Assembly: GCA_964016885.1 (NCBI GenBank)
Contig: OZ024749.1
Coordinates: forward strand, 45,942,001-46,006,000
Length of the DNA: 64,000 nt
Direction: 5' to 3'
Source: Eledone cirrhosa
Taxonomy: Eukaryota
The translations under genes and the position numbers were made by a program. The notes beneath the pieces were generated by a model. It searched no databases. It saw only the letters and a program-made list of their open reading frames with translations, and was not told where the DNA came from. Shown here one piece after another: positions 1-13,836 of the stretch. How positions within the stretch are numbered: position 1 is the first letter of the stretch; each line of letters opens with the position of its first letter.

Positions 1-982
1 GTGCAGACACCAACTCGTAGAACATTATGCCAAAATTATTTTAAAGCATGTATAAAAATATTCTTTATAACAGTAATAATTAATTACGTAATTTCCCTGT
101 TTACTATTTCTTAGTCTTTCCATTAGTTTTGTCTTTTTATATTCTACTTATTTTTATTTAGTGAATCTGTCTCAGTTCCTTCGCTCATGATGCTATTTCT
201 TTGCAGAGATCTACTATTGTTAGTGTTTCTCTATAATATAAACAGCATTTCCTGCTCCACTGTTTCGTAGTGTAACTGTTTTGATGCATTTAGTCGAAAC
301 AATTGACTTAAAAGTTTACGTGTTACAGCTCCTGTTATGTACACACAATTAGAGAAAGGCAAAGACAACACTGATAGTATTTGAATTAAGAAGGGAGGAG
401 GTTTAAGGGATATTTAAACCCTAATAAATGTAGGAAGAATTCCATTCAAGTTAAACGCGTATAATACAATATACACCCAGCATTCTATATTTACCAGCAA
501 CATTTATTATTACAACTCATAACTTACGTAATCGCTCCGTGATAATAAGATTCTGATAATTAGGAATAAGCGGGTTTAAAGACGAAGCTAAACAACAGCA
601 GCAACAACAAAACAACAAAAAAGTGACACGAGAACTATGTAAAGAAAAATTATTTGCTAATAATTTTAAAACAGTAGATTCATAAAGAACATAATTATCT
701 TAATACAAAAATCCAGAAGAAGCGGAAACAAGGAACACGTTTGCTAATGTTCCTTGCTTATGTTTTAGTATTAACGTACAAAAGCTACGTTAAAAATACA
801 TAAGTCTTGCTATTTTTTCTTAATTTTACTAAAAGCTATGTGCAGAGTAACATAAAAAAAAGTTATGTGAAATAGCATAAATTTCCTACAAATATTCATT
901 TCATATATATATGTTTCTCTTACATATTTTCTTTGATTCTGTACGATTTATTTTTTTATGTTATACTGATTTTTTTTTTCAG

Positions 983-1038
983 TAGATTTGACACAAACAG
1001 CGAATATTTACGTAGTAAGAGAGAACAAATTACCGTAG
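983..1038 (+). other. Candidate small internal exon
   Basis: CTGAT + T10 + CAG acceptor ending at 982 and TAG|GTAAGA donor at 1038/1039; one frame is open (RFDTNSEYLRSKREQITV); no homology recognised. Confidence 0.3.
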
Positions 1039-1747
1039 GTAAGATTGCCAGTTATCGGCGAATAACCTATGTCATTAGCATCAGCAGGTGGTCTGTCGAT
1101 GTCACGTGAAAGAAAAAAGACCGGGAAACAGCGGGATACCGTTGGGAAACGGAAGAAAATTTTCCTAATTACGGGCGGCCGTATAAAGCGATGCAAGGGA
1201 TTGGAGAACTGAAAGAGTGGGAAGGTGAGAAATATTAAAGAGAGAGAGATAAGGGGAGAAGAGGGAAAGAGAAACATGTACTAGGGGTAGGGAAAGAGAG
1301 ATTGATTCACATAAGCTCATGCACAAATATACACGCACACACATAACATGTCATATATATATATACACACATATGTACACACATACACACACACACACAC
1401 ATATAGAAGTAGGAATATAGATAGGAAAGTAGACAGATAGATTGTTATTTATATAGATATACATTGATAGATAGATTGATATATAAAGAGAGAGAGAGAG
1501 TGAGAGAGGAAGAGAGATAGATAGAGAGAGAGAGAGAGTGAGAGAGAGAGAGACAGACATACTTCTAGACAGAGGGATAGAGTGAGAGGAGCTAGTTGCT
1601 ATGATAGAAAGCTAGTTGCTATGATTTTAACTAATAATAAGAAAAGTATATAAGGTGATGGTGTTAGAAACGAGAAAACGGAATTATGCATATGTATGAA
1701 CATATCATGGAAGAGGCTAAGAAATTGACAGACAGAGAGATAGACAG

Positions 1748-2310
<563 letters not shown>

Positions 2311-2387
2311 ACACAGAGAAATAAAGAAGAATTACAAAAACTAAGAGTAGAATGTTGAATGAAAGAAACAAATAAAGGAGGTACAAA

Positions 2388-2945
2388 ATAATTGTTTCTA
2401 CTTTTTGGCACAAGGCCAGCAATTATCCAGTAGATTACTGGTACTTTATTTTATCGACCCCGTAAGGATGAAAAGCAAAGTTAACCTCCGCGGGATTTGA
2501 ACTCAGAATGGCAAAGTTCGTAAGTCTATGCGTCAAACATGGCATCCGACTCTCTACCGATACTGCCAATCCAAAATAATTGTTTCTACTATAGGCACAA
2601 GGCCAGCAATATCCAGTGCATTACTGGTACTTTATTTTATCGACTCCGTAAGGATGAAAGGCAAAGTCAACCTCGGCGGGATTTGAACTCAGATCGCAAA
2701 GGGACGTAACTATGCTGGCAAACATGGCCTCCGACCCTCTACTGATACTGCCAATCCACAATAATTGTTTCTACTTTAGGGACAAGGCCAGCAATTACCC
2801 AGTGCATTACTGGTACTTTTATTTTATCGACCCCGTAAGGATGAATGGCAATGTCAACCTCGGCGGGATTTGAACTCAGACCGTAAAGGGACGTAACTAT
2901 GCTGGAAAGCATGGCGTCCGACCCTCAACCGATACTGCCAATCCA
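2388..2945 (-). mobile_element. Head-to-tail trimer of tRNA-derived SINE (octopus OK-like): 2388-2573, 2576-2759, 2761-2945
   Basis: Three ~185-bp copies with A-box-like TGGCAGTATCGG, B-box GAGTTCAAATCC, core GCCTTTCATCCTTACGGGGTCGATAAAATAAAGTACCAG and 3' end GTAGAAACAATTAT. Confidence 0.9.
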
Positions 2946-3399
2946 ATGAGTCAAAGATATATGTTCCAAAATTGGGAAAGAGAGAAATATGGAAAAACAA
3001 AGGTAAAACAATGAAAGTAGTAGGAAACAAGAAGGATAAACAAACATGTGTGTGTGTGTGTATTAATAAAAAGATAAGAGACTTTATGAGTTGGAAAATA
3101 CGATATTAAAAACATTGGTATATAAAGTATGAGATGGAGTAAGGGGAACAGAGAAAGGGAGAGGTACAGTAAAAAAAGAAAACGAAAGAGAGAAATGGCC
3201 CTTTTACTTTTTTGGCAATAGAATCAGCAGGGAGTCAATGGCTCTAAGGGAATCCACAGTTGATAGGGTTCGTTTATTGTAATCTTTTCTGGTGTATTTT
3301 TGTGTCGGCTGTTTTTCCTTCTATATGTATATATATATAATATGCGTGTGTGGGGGGTGTATGTGTGTGTGCGTGTGTGTGTGTATATATATATAAATC

Positions 3400-3544
<145 letters not shown>

Positions 3545-3599
3545 GTATATATATATATACATATATATATATAAGTATATGTATATATATATATATATT

Positions 3600-3648
<49 letters not shown>

Positions 3649-3692
3649 CATATGTATATAAATATATATATATACATATGTATATATGTATG

Positions 3693-3724
<32 letters not shown>

Positions 3725-3902
3725 AGGCGGAGTGTGTATTTTGTGTTACATGAAATGCTTACCCCTAGGAATAGACACCTTTGTACAGTAGGAGAAAGCA
3801 GAAAACACAACAACCATAACAACATAGGCAAGAAAAATTTTGTTTTAATTTTTTTAAAATCAACTCAAGTTCATACAAATAAAAAAAAACAATGAGATCG
3901 TA

Positions 3903-4065
3903 GAAGAAGAAGAAGAAGAAGAAGAAGAAGAAGAAGAAGAAGAAGAAGAAGAAGAAGAAGAAGAAGAAGAAGAAGAAGAAGAAGAAGAAGAAGAAGAAGA
4001 AGAAGAAGAAGAAGAAGAAGAAGAAGAAAAAAAAGTAGAAGAAGAAGAAGAAGTAGAAGAAGAAG
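3903..4065. repeat. (GAA)n microsatellite
   Basis: Direct reading. Confidence 0.95.
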
Positions 4066-4714
4066 GAGGGCGAAGTTGGAGGAAGGGGATGTGAAGGAAA
4101 AGAATGGAGTGGTTGAGGAAGTAGAGGGGAAGAAGGAGAAGAAGTAACATAGAAGAAATAAACGACTTTACTGAATGTGCTGATGATGGATATGAGGAAG
4201 AAGGGGAAGGTATTGCTGGAGTCGATGAATTGCTTAGCTAAGCAGATGTGAAAGAAGCATTAAGATCAAAGTGTGGGCGAGAGATTTAAAATGAAGCAAA
4301 GTAAAGATGTTGAAATGAGAAAGAAAGATTGGAACAGCAACAACAAAAACAATAACAATAATATATTGTTCCTTTCTGTTTTGTCGACTGGTTCCCTTAT
4401 ATTCTAAAATATATCGTATAATATTAACCCATTAGCATTTACATTACTCTATATATACTAATATATTTTCTTGGTAAAGGCTTTATTTCACATAATTATC
4501 TCATATATTATCGAAACTACGAGATTTTAATATTATCTATTTTGAGAACAATACCTTAACATAAGTATGAGCAGCTGGTTATAGCCCGTTTGAAAAGAAA
4601 GAGGTGAAACTGGCCGGATATGGTCCGTTTAAATGCTAATGGGTTATGTTTAAAATATATGTGGGAACGTAAATATATAAAGTAGTAAACAGAATATGGA
4701 TGAACATATGAGTG

Positions 4715-4900
4715 GTGTCTTATATAGGCAAAAGGCCAGCAATTTGGGGGCAGAGGGAAGTCGATTAACTCGAACCAGTGCGTTACTGGTACTTTATCGA
4801 TCCCGTAAGGATGAAAGGCAAAGTTAACCTCAGCGGGATTTGAACTCAGATCATAAAGGGCCGTCCGTCTATGCTGCAAAGCATGTTGTCCCACCCTCTA
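4715..4900 (-). mobile_element. OK-like SINE, long-tail variant
   Basis: Same core, plus an extra ~30-bp segment (ttcgagttaatcgacttccctctgccccc in sense) before the 3' end. Confidence 0.8.
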
Positions 4901-5234
4901 ATGGAAGAAAATATGATGCAAAGGATTACGATAGGTTAAGGATTTATTTAAAACAAATGCTTCAGACTAGAAAGAAGCCGCCATCTGTATAGTGTCTGGA
5001 CAATCCATACCTAACAACTACTTTCCATTCAGGTCAAGTTATATAAATTGGGGTGTGCCTTATTAACCGTTAGCTACTTTAGCCCGTCACGAGCCGTGTA
5101 ACATCTCACCTTTACCGGAAGCAAACTATAACCTGTAGATTGACTTATAGATTGATTTTCAACAATATTTAAGCTTCCAAGAGCACATGTTATTTGACAC
5201 ATATTCCTTAGTATATTATTTATTCCTTTATACA

Positions 5235-5420
5235 GGGCGGTGAATTGGCAGTATCGGTAGAGGGCTGGACGCCGTGCTTTCTAGCATAGTTACGTCCCTT
5301 TACAGTCTGAGTTCAAATCCCGCCGAGGTTAACTTTGCCTTTCATCCTTACGGGCTCGATAAAATAAAGTACCAGTAATGTACTGGATAATTGCTGGCCT
5401 TGTGCCTAAAGTAGAAACAC
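5235..5420 (+). mobile_element. OK-like SINE, full length with 17-bp TSD
   Basis: TSD ttatttattcctttata at 5216-5232 and 5421-5437. Confidence 0.9.
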
Positions 5421-5759
5421 TTATTTATTCCTTTATAAATTGGTTCCAACATTTCACGGCATTGGGAGTTCATGATGGGAAATTTTCAGGTGTCATCTCG
5501 ATTATAGTTCAGCTTGTTCCATGGCACTCGAAATATCCGTTTACCCGGTAGATTTTGGAAAAAGTGTGACGAAAGAGCTTTGACTATGTATAAACAACCT
5601 TCTGGTTATCGAACAAACCTACCGGAAACTTATAATGAATTGATGTGTAACCACCAGGTGCGTGTGTTTTCATTGGCAACGTGACCCTTCCAAAGTATAA
5701 AAATATGTTTCAACACATGTTTGCAGATAAGAAATCTCGCAAAAACAAATGAGTAAATG

Positions 5760-5814
<55 letters not shown>

Positions 5815-5888
5815 TGGCTTCTACAGTACTAGGACTGTTTCATTCGGGAGAAATCATATATATATATATATATATATACATATATATA

Positions 5889-6131
5889 CGTAAGTCTCGG
5901 GTTGAGTCGGGGATAACCACAGTAAGTAAGGTACTCAATACATGGCAGAGTAAATTTTTTTTTATTTTATAGAAGGAGCTTCTACAGGACTAGTACTGTT
6001 TCATTCAGATGAAATCTTCAGGAATAAGTATTAAGGGCATAAGGCATATGATTGGTTCGGGGAATCTGCTTCCTGAAGATTTCATCTGAATGAAACAGTA
6101 CTAGTCCTGTGGAAGCTCCTTCTATGAAATA
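5889..6131 (-). mobile_element. Penelope-like mini-element, family B, fold-back (arms 5963-6024 / 6070-6131)
   Basis: Within (TA)n; each arm has ttc CTGAAGA tttcatctgaat GAAA cag tactagtc ctg TA gaag (plus-strand arm has TG for TA); homologous to 17771-17973 and 33254-33395. Confidence 0.75.
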
Positions 6132-6194
6132 TATATATATACATGCATGTGAATATGTGATTGTCTGCGTGTCTGAGTGAGTATGTTTGGGTGC

Positions 6195-6247
<53 letters not shown>

Positions 6248-6553
6248 ATTCTGTATCTTTATGTATCTGTAGATTTAAGCATGTATGTGTGTGTTTGAGT
6301 GCATGTACCGGTGTCTGGATGTGTTTTTTTCATAAGGTTTGATGAGTTCATACCGATTATATTTAATGCAGCGTTTTATGACGGTAGGCATGATGGTTAA
6401 TCGAGGTGCGTCAGCGTCCATAATGGATGAACAATTGATCCGGTATCGATTACAAAGACGAACGCTGTCTATCATTAATATACAGAGACAAACACCTCGC
6501 CACATATAAATCAGCATTTAAAGACACATAAACATATATATATATATACCTGC

Positions 6554-6590
<37 letters not shown>

Positions 6591-6603
6591 CATATATATA
6601 TGT

Positions 6604-6664
<61 letters not shown>

Positions 6665-6672
6665 CCTGCATG

Positions 6673-6711
<39 letters not shown>

Positions 6712-6717
6712 GTATAC

Positions 6718-6840
<123 letters not shown>

Positions 6841-7282
6841 CGTGTGCATGTGTCTGTATATATTTGTGAGTGGATTGAAGGAGCAGTTTACAGTAAGTAT
6901 TAAGGGCATCAGGCATATGATTGGTTCGGGGAATCTGTGTCAACTAATTATTGCTTTTAGAAAACATATAGGATTCAGGAATAAGAAGATTGGCAAAAAA
7001 AACATTTGTTCCGAATAATAATAATATAGATAAATAAACGTAATCAACATAACATATGGAAATAATCAACCTAATTATGAATATTTAACAACTAATATAT
7101 AACATATAATATATAACTAATATATAACATAATATATAACTAATATATAGCATACACTATATAACATATAATATATAACATGAATTCATCTAGAATGTTA
7201 ACGGATTATATTCTAGATTTTATGTTAGATATTAATACATGTATATACATTTCAAATATAAATTAAAATGAAAACTTTCTTT

Positions 7283-7375
7283 ATGGTAGCAGCGTGGCCT
7301 GAATAACCAAAGATGTAGGTTCAACTCCCATCTACGTCAATACTGATCTTTTTCCAGTTGTTAGAGGGTTCTAAG
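7283..7375 (+). mobile_element. tRNA-derived SINE fragment, second family
   Basis: Similar to 20555-20622 (ataaccaaagatgtaggttcaactcccat-tacgtcaatac); B-box-like GGTTCAACTCC. Confidence 0.6.
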
Positions 7376-7511
7376 TCCCAATATCTGGCTAAAATTCATT
7401 TAGTAAAAAAAATATGGCGAAAGCTTCTATATCTAATTTCAAACTCGATCGCTGTTTCAAAAGATACTTAGTTGAAAACATTATATGGTTTGGCAGTGGA
7501 TTGGGCAGGAA

Positions 7512-7891
7512 GGGCGGTGGATTGGCAGTATCGGTAGAGGGTCGGACGCCATGCTTTGCCGCATAGTGTTACGGCCCTTACCATTCTGAGTTCAAATCCC
7601 GCCAAGGTAAACTTTGCCTTTCATCTTTAGAGGGTCGATAAAATAAAGTACCAGTAATACACTGGTTAATTGCTGGCCTTGTGCCAAAAGTAGAAACAAT
7701 TATTTGGATTGGCAGTATCCGTAGAGAGTCGGACGCCATGCTTTGCAGCAAAGAGTTATGGCCCTTTATGACCTGAGTTCAAATCCCGCCGAGGTTAACT
7801 TTGCCGTTTATCCTTACGGGGTCGATAAAATAAAGTAACAGTAATACACTGAGATAATTGCTGGCCTTGTGCCAAAAATAGAAACAATTAT
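7512..7891 (+). mobile_element. Tandem dimer of OK-like SINE (7512-7703, 7705-7891)
   Basis: Two consecutive copies joined at aacaattat-t-tggattggcag. Confidence 0.9.
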
Positions 7892-9039
7892 TTATATCTA
7901 CAACATTTCCTTACTTATATACACTTTTAATTTTATGAAAGTTTTTTGTTAGTATTTATAGATCAATACCCCAGCGTCCCACCAGAGATGTAACCAATGC
8001 AACGAAACAATGTTCTGATGTACCTTTGGTTCAGATATTTAACTCTATTCACCATAACGGTGAAACAGACTACTGCCAAGATATTTCGATATAACGTCTT
8101 CATAGTTTTACCAACAACGAATATTATAAATTATTTAGCTGACTAAACAACTTGCTGCATTCTATTGTATGCCTTTGATGGGAGAGCACCCTAGCATCTG
8201 GAACTGAATTAGATATCCAAGCCATTTAAAAACACAAGACACCAAAAGATAATTCTCTAGCGTCGTATACTAAAAATGCTATCAAAAACTCTGTGGCTGT
8301 AAAAATTACTGCAAGTACAAAATAATAAATTAGATAATAAAATCAAAGCTGAATCCGTCAGTATATCAAGGAAGATATATAATCTTTATTTTTAAGGAAG
8401 TACGGTGATTTAGCTGCTTTTTTTTTTTATTATAGCTTGAGCGAACACATATTGGCTTGCTCGATGGCAAAGACATGGTGGCGGATGATTGTGATGATAA
8501 TGGTGACGATGATTATTATAATGATGATGATAATGAGGAGGGGGGGGGTGATGAGGGTGAAGAGAAATATATAATGGGAGAAGGCAGACAATGATGGTGA
8601 CGACGATGAAGATGGCGATGAAAATGTTCATGATTTTCATAATGATGATAATCAATATCTTGTTGCCCGTAATGTCTGTGGCGCCGGCTATTATTTTTAG
8701 CATTTTCAGGAATGGATTGAATTTATTAACGATTCAATGTGTAAACAGAATGGGAGAGAAAGAGGAGAGAAAGGTATATGAGATATAGAGAAAAATATAT
8801 CGAGAGACCGTAAGTTTGCTTAAGTGTGCGTGTTTATTATATTATGTGTGTGTTCTTGTGTATTCTAGTATGTGTGTATATGGGTATATGTACAACAATA
8901 AATGTTAGGGTCTGCATAATATAATAAGTATGACTGTGTGTCTTTATATAAAGAGAGTATGATCAGTTAGTCTGTAAATAACCTACTATTACTACTACTA
9001 CTACTACTCCGACTACTACAAATGCTACAAAATATAATA

Positions 9040-9422
9040 AAGGTTTCTGATTTAGGCACAAGGCCAACAATTTTGACCCCAAAATCGACCCCAAAGCTAA
9101 TCTCGGTTGGATTTGAACTCATAACGTAAATGTCCATAACTCTATGATGCAAAGCATGGTGTCGGACGCTCTACCGATATTGCCAATCCACTGCATTGAC
9201 AAAAACTAATAATGCTTTCGTATATAGATACATGGCCAGCAATTTTGGGGGAGGGTAAAGCCGATTAAATCGACCGCAGTTCGTGAATGGTAAATTATCT
9301 TATCGACCACATAAGGCAAAGTTAACCTCAGTGGGATTTGAACTCAGATCATAAAGGGACGTAACTCTATGCTACAAAGCATGGCGTCCTGACCCTCTAC
9401 CGATACTGCCAATCCACCGCCC
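9040..9422 (-). mobile_element. Two older OK-like SINE copies (9040-9194 internally deleted; 9208-9422 long-tail)
   Basis: gatttgaactca and ctaccgatactgccaatccac motifs. Confidence 0.8.
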
Positions 9423-9943
9423 TATACAACCACCAATAATAATAATAAAAAGATGATGATTGTGGTGATAATGTTAATGGTGGTGAAGGTGGTGGAGGGG
9501 TGTGGTCAGCGTTGGTGGTGACTAAGATGAAGATGACGATGATGATGATGATACTTATATTAATAATATTATTATTAATGTTAATCCTCATTAGCTTGAT
9601 GATGCTTTGGGTGTCCAGTTAGAATAATATATCGAATGTACTGAATGACCAGGTAGAAAAACATAGTTTTTTTATGTCTGTTTATGAGTGTGTTTTTTTT
9701 CTTTTGTCGTTTATTTTATTTGTTTTTAGCTGGAGAGACTGAAAGTTCGTTTACTTAAGCGAAAGTGGCGCACAAATATATATACATAAATATATATATA
9801 AATAAAGAAATATATATAAAAATAAAAATATACCATTGTATGAACAAACAAAGGGAGCGCGCGACTAGCTCCAATTATATCAACTTTACAGCGACCGATT
9901 TAATACGAACGTCACCAACGCCAACACCTGAGGATCCCTACAC

Positions 9944-9945
<2 letters not shown>

Positions 9946-10013
<68 letters not shown>

Positions 10014-10240
10014 TTCATCATCATCAACATCATTATCATTAACATCATCATTATCATTATCATCATTATCGTCGTCACCATCACCACCAACATCATCATC
10101 ATCATCATCATCCTCACCGCCATAATCATCATCACCATCATCACCATCAGCAGCAGCATCACCACCATCATCATCACCATCATCGCCATCGTTATTAACA
10201 TCAGTATCATCATCATCATCGTCATCATCGTCAACATCAT
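9946..10240. repeat. (CAT)n pure then degenerate microsatellite
   Basis: Direct reading; followed by a SINE 3' remnant at 10240-10310. Confidence 0.9.
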
Positions 10241-10928
10241 AATTGTTTCTAATTTAGGTACAAGGCCAACAATTTGGGGGACAGGGGAATGTCGATTAGA
10301 ACAACCCCTAGCAATTTAGACACAACATTATATTATGGCGTGTTATATAATTCAACGATTCTTTCTTAATGTTGTTGGCGGAAAAATATGATTCTTTACG
10401 AGATTCGTACAAAGTCTCTTTCTTTGAAACAAACATGTGACAACTTACGTTTCTCTCGGAGATTCTTCGTAAAAAAGTGGCATAAAGCGACTAAGAACAC
10501 ATGACTTCCCACTGGATAAGTCGACAGTTTCTCGCAGGTTTCAATCCTTAGCTATTACTGGTAATCAATTCCAGCTAAGCATACTGGCGGAACGTAACAT
10601 GAAGTGTTTTGCTCAAAAACCCAACACACATCACATTATGGTTTTAGTCTGTTTGATATTAAATGAAAGGGGATTTCTTTGTTGTGAATTATACAAGTCA
10701 ATATTTTATAAATATATTATTTAAAACATACAATATTAATCAATAATCTAACCATTTGACCGAGATTCTTTTTAAAATATATTCATTATTAATTCATATA
10801 TACAGAGACGAAATGGTCTCCCTAGTCACCTTTTTATCGTTTGTATCCATCCTTCTTCTATTGAGTACTTATTCTGTTTTATTTTACTCAGTAGAACATT
10901 CACAATCACGCATATAGATATATATAGA

Positions 10929-11027
10929 CAGTGTCCCCAAACATGTATACACACTTTGATTACCAGTAGAGGAAATAATCATTAGAATCCTGTTGTAATG
11001 TGTATACATTTTTGGATATATATACTG
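10929..11027. mobile_element. Small Tc1/mariner-type MITE remnant
   Basis: Imperfect TIRs cagtgtccccaaacatgtatacac ... gtgtatacatttttggatatatatactg. Confidence 0.45.
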
Positions 11028-11030
11028 TCA

Positions 11031-11281
11031 TGTTTGAAGACCAGGTCACTTGTGAGAAATCGAAACGGCAGCTAGCAGCCGCCAAACAACACACCCTTCA
11101 CGCATTCAACGCTGGCCTCAGTCCTGCTCTTTGAATGTATTCCCCTTCTGGGATCGTTTTCTACGTAAACACATCCCTTTTTAACTATTTGGACAACTCG
11201 AAAACGCTTATCCACTCATAGCTCACACAGCGCACTAAGTCCTCATACCTTTCTGGGAGTCTTGTTACTCTCGAGTTTCGA

Positions 11282-11284
<3 letters not shown>
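11031..11284 (+). mobile_element. Probable Penelope-like remnant with decayed hammerhead (11031-11088)
   Basis: tgtt TGAAGA ... GAAA cggc agctagca gccg CC aaaca (core C3 and U16.1 altered), tail runs into (TA)n. Confidence 0.4.
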
Positions 11285-11330
<46 letters not shown>

Positions 11331-11333
<3 letters not shown>

Positions 11334-11913
11334 CGGGTAAAATTCGCGAGATCCATGGACAAGTTCTCTCCAGCGGCCTCTGTCCCTCATTATCGCTGCC
11401 ATGTCCTGCGTCTCCAACAGACCAGTGTCTGTCCTTAGGGCATCAACATACGTTAACCTTGGTCTTCCTCTTCTAGTGTGTCCATGTAGGGGCTCCCAAA
11501 GAAGCACTGAGTGCAATGTCAACTCTGGATGTCGGTGAGCATGTCCAGCTAACCTCAGTCTCCTCTGTGTAACTTTTGAGCTGACTTTTGGGATGCTCCC
11601 ATACAGCTCAGTAGGCGGGAAGCCGCTAGAATTGGTTGAGGGCTTCCTGTATTTGGGAGCAAAGATTGGGAATACGGAAGATGATGGGGTTGAGAGGAAG
11701 AGCAAGGCCTGGACGGCGTCCCACAGCTTGAGATCGGTGTGGAAGTCGGACCTTCGTAGAGACCTGAAAGTCCGCCTCTTCATTGCTGTAGTGGAGTCTG
11801 TGCTGCTGTATGGGTCTGAGACTTGGACACTGACCAAGAAACTCACTCAGATGGTGGATGGGTGCTACACGAGAATGTTGAGGATGGCTCTAACATTAAT
11901 CAGTATACACTGA

Positions 11914-11917
<4 letters not shown>
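11331..11917 (-). mobile_element. RTE-type non-LTR retrotransposon 3' fragment with inverted 5' part, inserted in (TA)n
   Basis: Minus strand 11331-~11610 encodes ELYGSIPKVSSKVTQRRLRLAGHAHRHPEL...RRGRPRLTY; plus strand ~11611-11917 encodes FLYLGAKI...[34 protein letters not shown]; the two parts are colinear in the copy at 39637-40031. Confidence 0.88.
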
Positions 11918-11976
<59 letters not shown>

Positions 11977-12189
11977 TATCTATCTATATATATATATATA
12001 TTTGGCAAAAAGGAAAAGAAGGACTTCACTTGTAGTGTTAAATAATTTGATATAATTTTATAATATTATAATATTATCTACAACTCACAATATAAAATAA
12101 AATCACATTATGTAACACTACAAGTGAAGTCATTATTTTCCTTTTTTTCAAATATACCTAACTGTACCAATGATTTCACACATTTTCCA

Positions 12190-12299
<110 letters not shown>

Positions 12300-12845
12300 C
12301 GAGAGAGACGGAGATAGAGAGGGAGATGAGCGCAGAGAGAGAGAGGCGGAGAGAGAGAGAGAGAGGGAGAGGAGAGTGATAGTGGAGATATATAGATAGA
12401 GAGAGAGATAAAAATTAGTACGTTCGCATAATGCACACAAAAATACAAACCAATATACAAAGTAGTTTTATGTAATGGTGAGAGTGCTTTGCATTAAATA
12501 TGTGCTATTACTAATGCATAAGGTTTTATCAAAATGTATAATTCATATGTGCGTACGAATATTACACCGAATTATAGGTTCGTTTTACCGCGGATGGAAT
12601 GGCTTAAGTTACATGCCCACGAATGAATTACTGCCTGTGGATCACGTGTATAGCTTCATCAGTAGAAAAGGAAGTGAGACTGAACTTAGTTTCAATATAT
12701 ATGTCAGCTGTTATAATGTGCAGTATACATATATCCTCCAATTTCACATGTGTTCGTTCAGAGGTTCAAAATTCCATATAATAAACGTAGGAAGAATAAT
12801 AAAACAAATTCCATGCACAGCTTATTATCATGTATGTTAGAGAAA

Positions 12846-12912
<67 letters not shown>

Positions 12913-12973
12913 CCCAAGGCTCTGAAACCATCAACACGATAAACACAGAGCTGGCATATCTAAGAACTGACTA

Positions 12974-13029
12974 ACTGCCTGATGAGGTTATAGCCATTCA
13001 ATGGCTATCATCGAAATATATATAGCAGT
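12974..13029 (+). ncRNA. Type I hammerhead ribozyme motif, intact core
   Basis: actgc CTGATGA ggttatagccat-tca-atggctatcatc GAAA tatata TA gcagt; stem I 5 bp perfect, stem II 7+ bp, palindromic loop 3; AATAAA immediately downstream. Confidence 0.8.
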
Positions 13030-13096
13030 AAATAAAGGATTATGACTTCATGCAATTGACTTATGTTTCGTCACTATATATATATATATATATGTA

Positions 13097-13249
13097 TATA
13101 TATAATATATAAGAGCAAAAGATGGTTAGAGTTCTTTTAACTATCTTTTGTTCTTATATATTATGTATACTCCAGTCCTACAGCTGTAGAGTGCTTCTTA
13201 TCCGATATCTGCATTGCTTTATTGTACTATAATAAAACTCACCTCCTAC

Positions 13250-13250
<1 letters not shown>
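13097..13250 (+). mobile_element. Fold-back mini-element in (TA)n, family D (Penelope-like tail)
   Basis: Inverted arms ~13097-13128 / 13138-13170, then tactcc...gagtgc motif and a cctcctaca-(TA)n end resembling the family A end. Confidence 0.5.
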
Positions 13251-13334
<84 letters not shown>

Positions 13335-13677
13335 TATGTATATAAGAGGTTGACATAACAAGCTTAAGGTTTCCCTGCAATTACCGGTTGATGCATCTCA
13401 GCGTACTCAATAGGTTAGGTTATGTGTAAATCCCAGAGTGGACATAATGATATTTGCCTCGGTACAACAAACGTAAATGGGTATCATATATATATATATA
13501 TATATATATACACATGTATATATAATCTACGGTGCATAGACCAGGGAGACCACTATTCAATGGAGTAATAAGAACATGGGGAGTTGCGCAGTGGGTATAG
13601 AGATTTTTAAAATTTCGATTGCATTTCAGAACCGCTTGGGTTCGCGGTCGGTATTTTTCATCTCTCTCTCCCTTCCT

Positions 13678-13731
<54 letters not shown>

Positions 13732-13836
13732 ATATATATATATATATATTAATATACATAAGGTACACGTGGTGATGCTGATTCTGGTTCCTTGCAAACA
13801 GTCAGAAATTTAATAAAATTATGATATTTTAATAGT

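Noticed and set aside
2388-2945. CRISPR-like or satellite array
   Set aside because: Units are whole ~185-bp SINEs found dispersed across the window; no unique spacers, eukaryotic context
11265-11846. 193-aa ORF as a genuine gene
   Set aside because: Chimera of antisense RT sequence and the RTE C-terminus created by the inversion, reading into (TA)n
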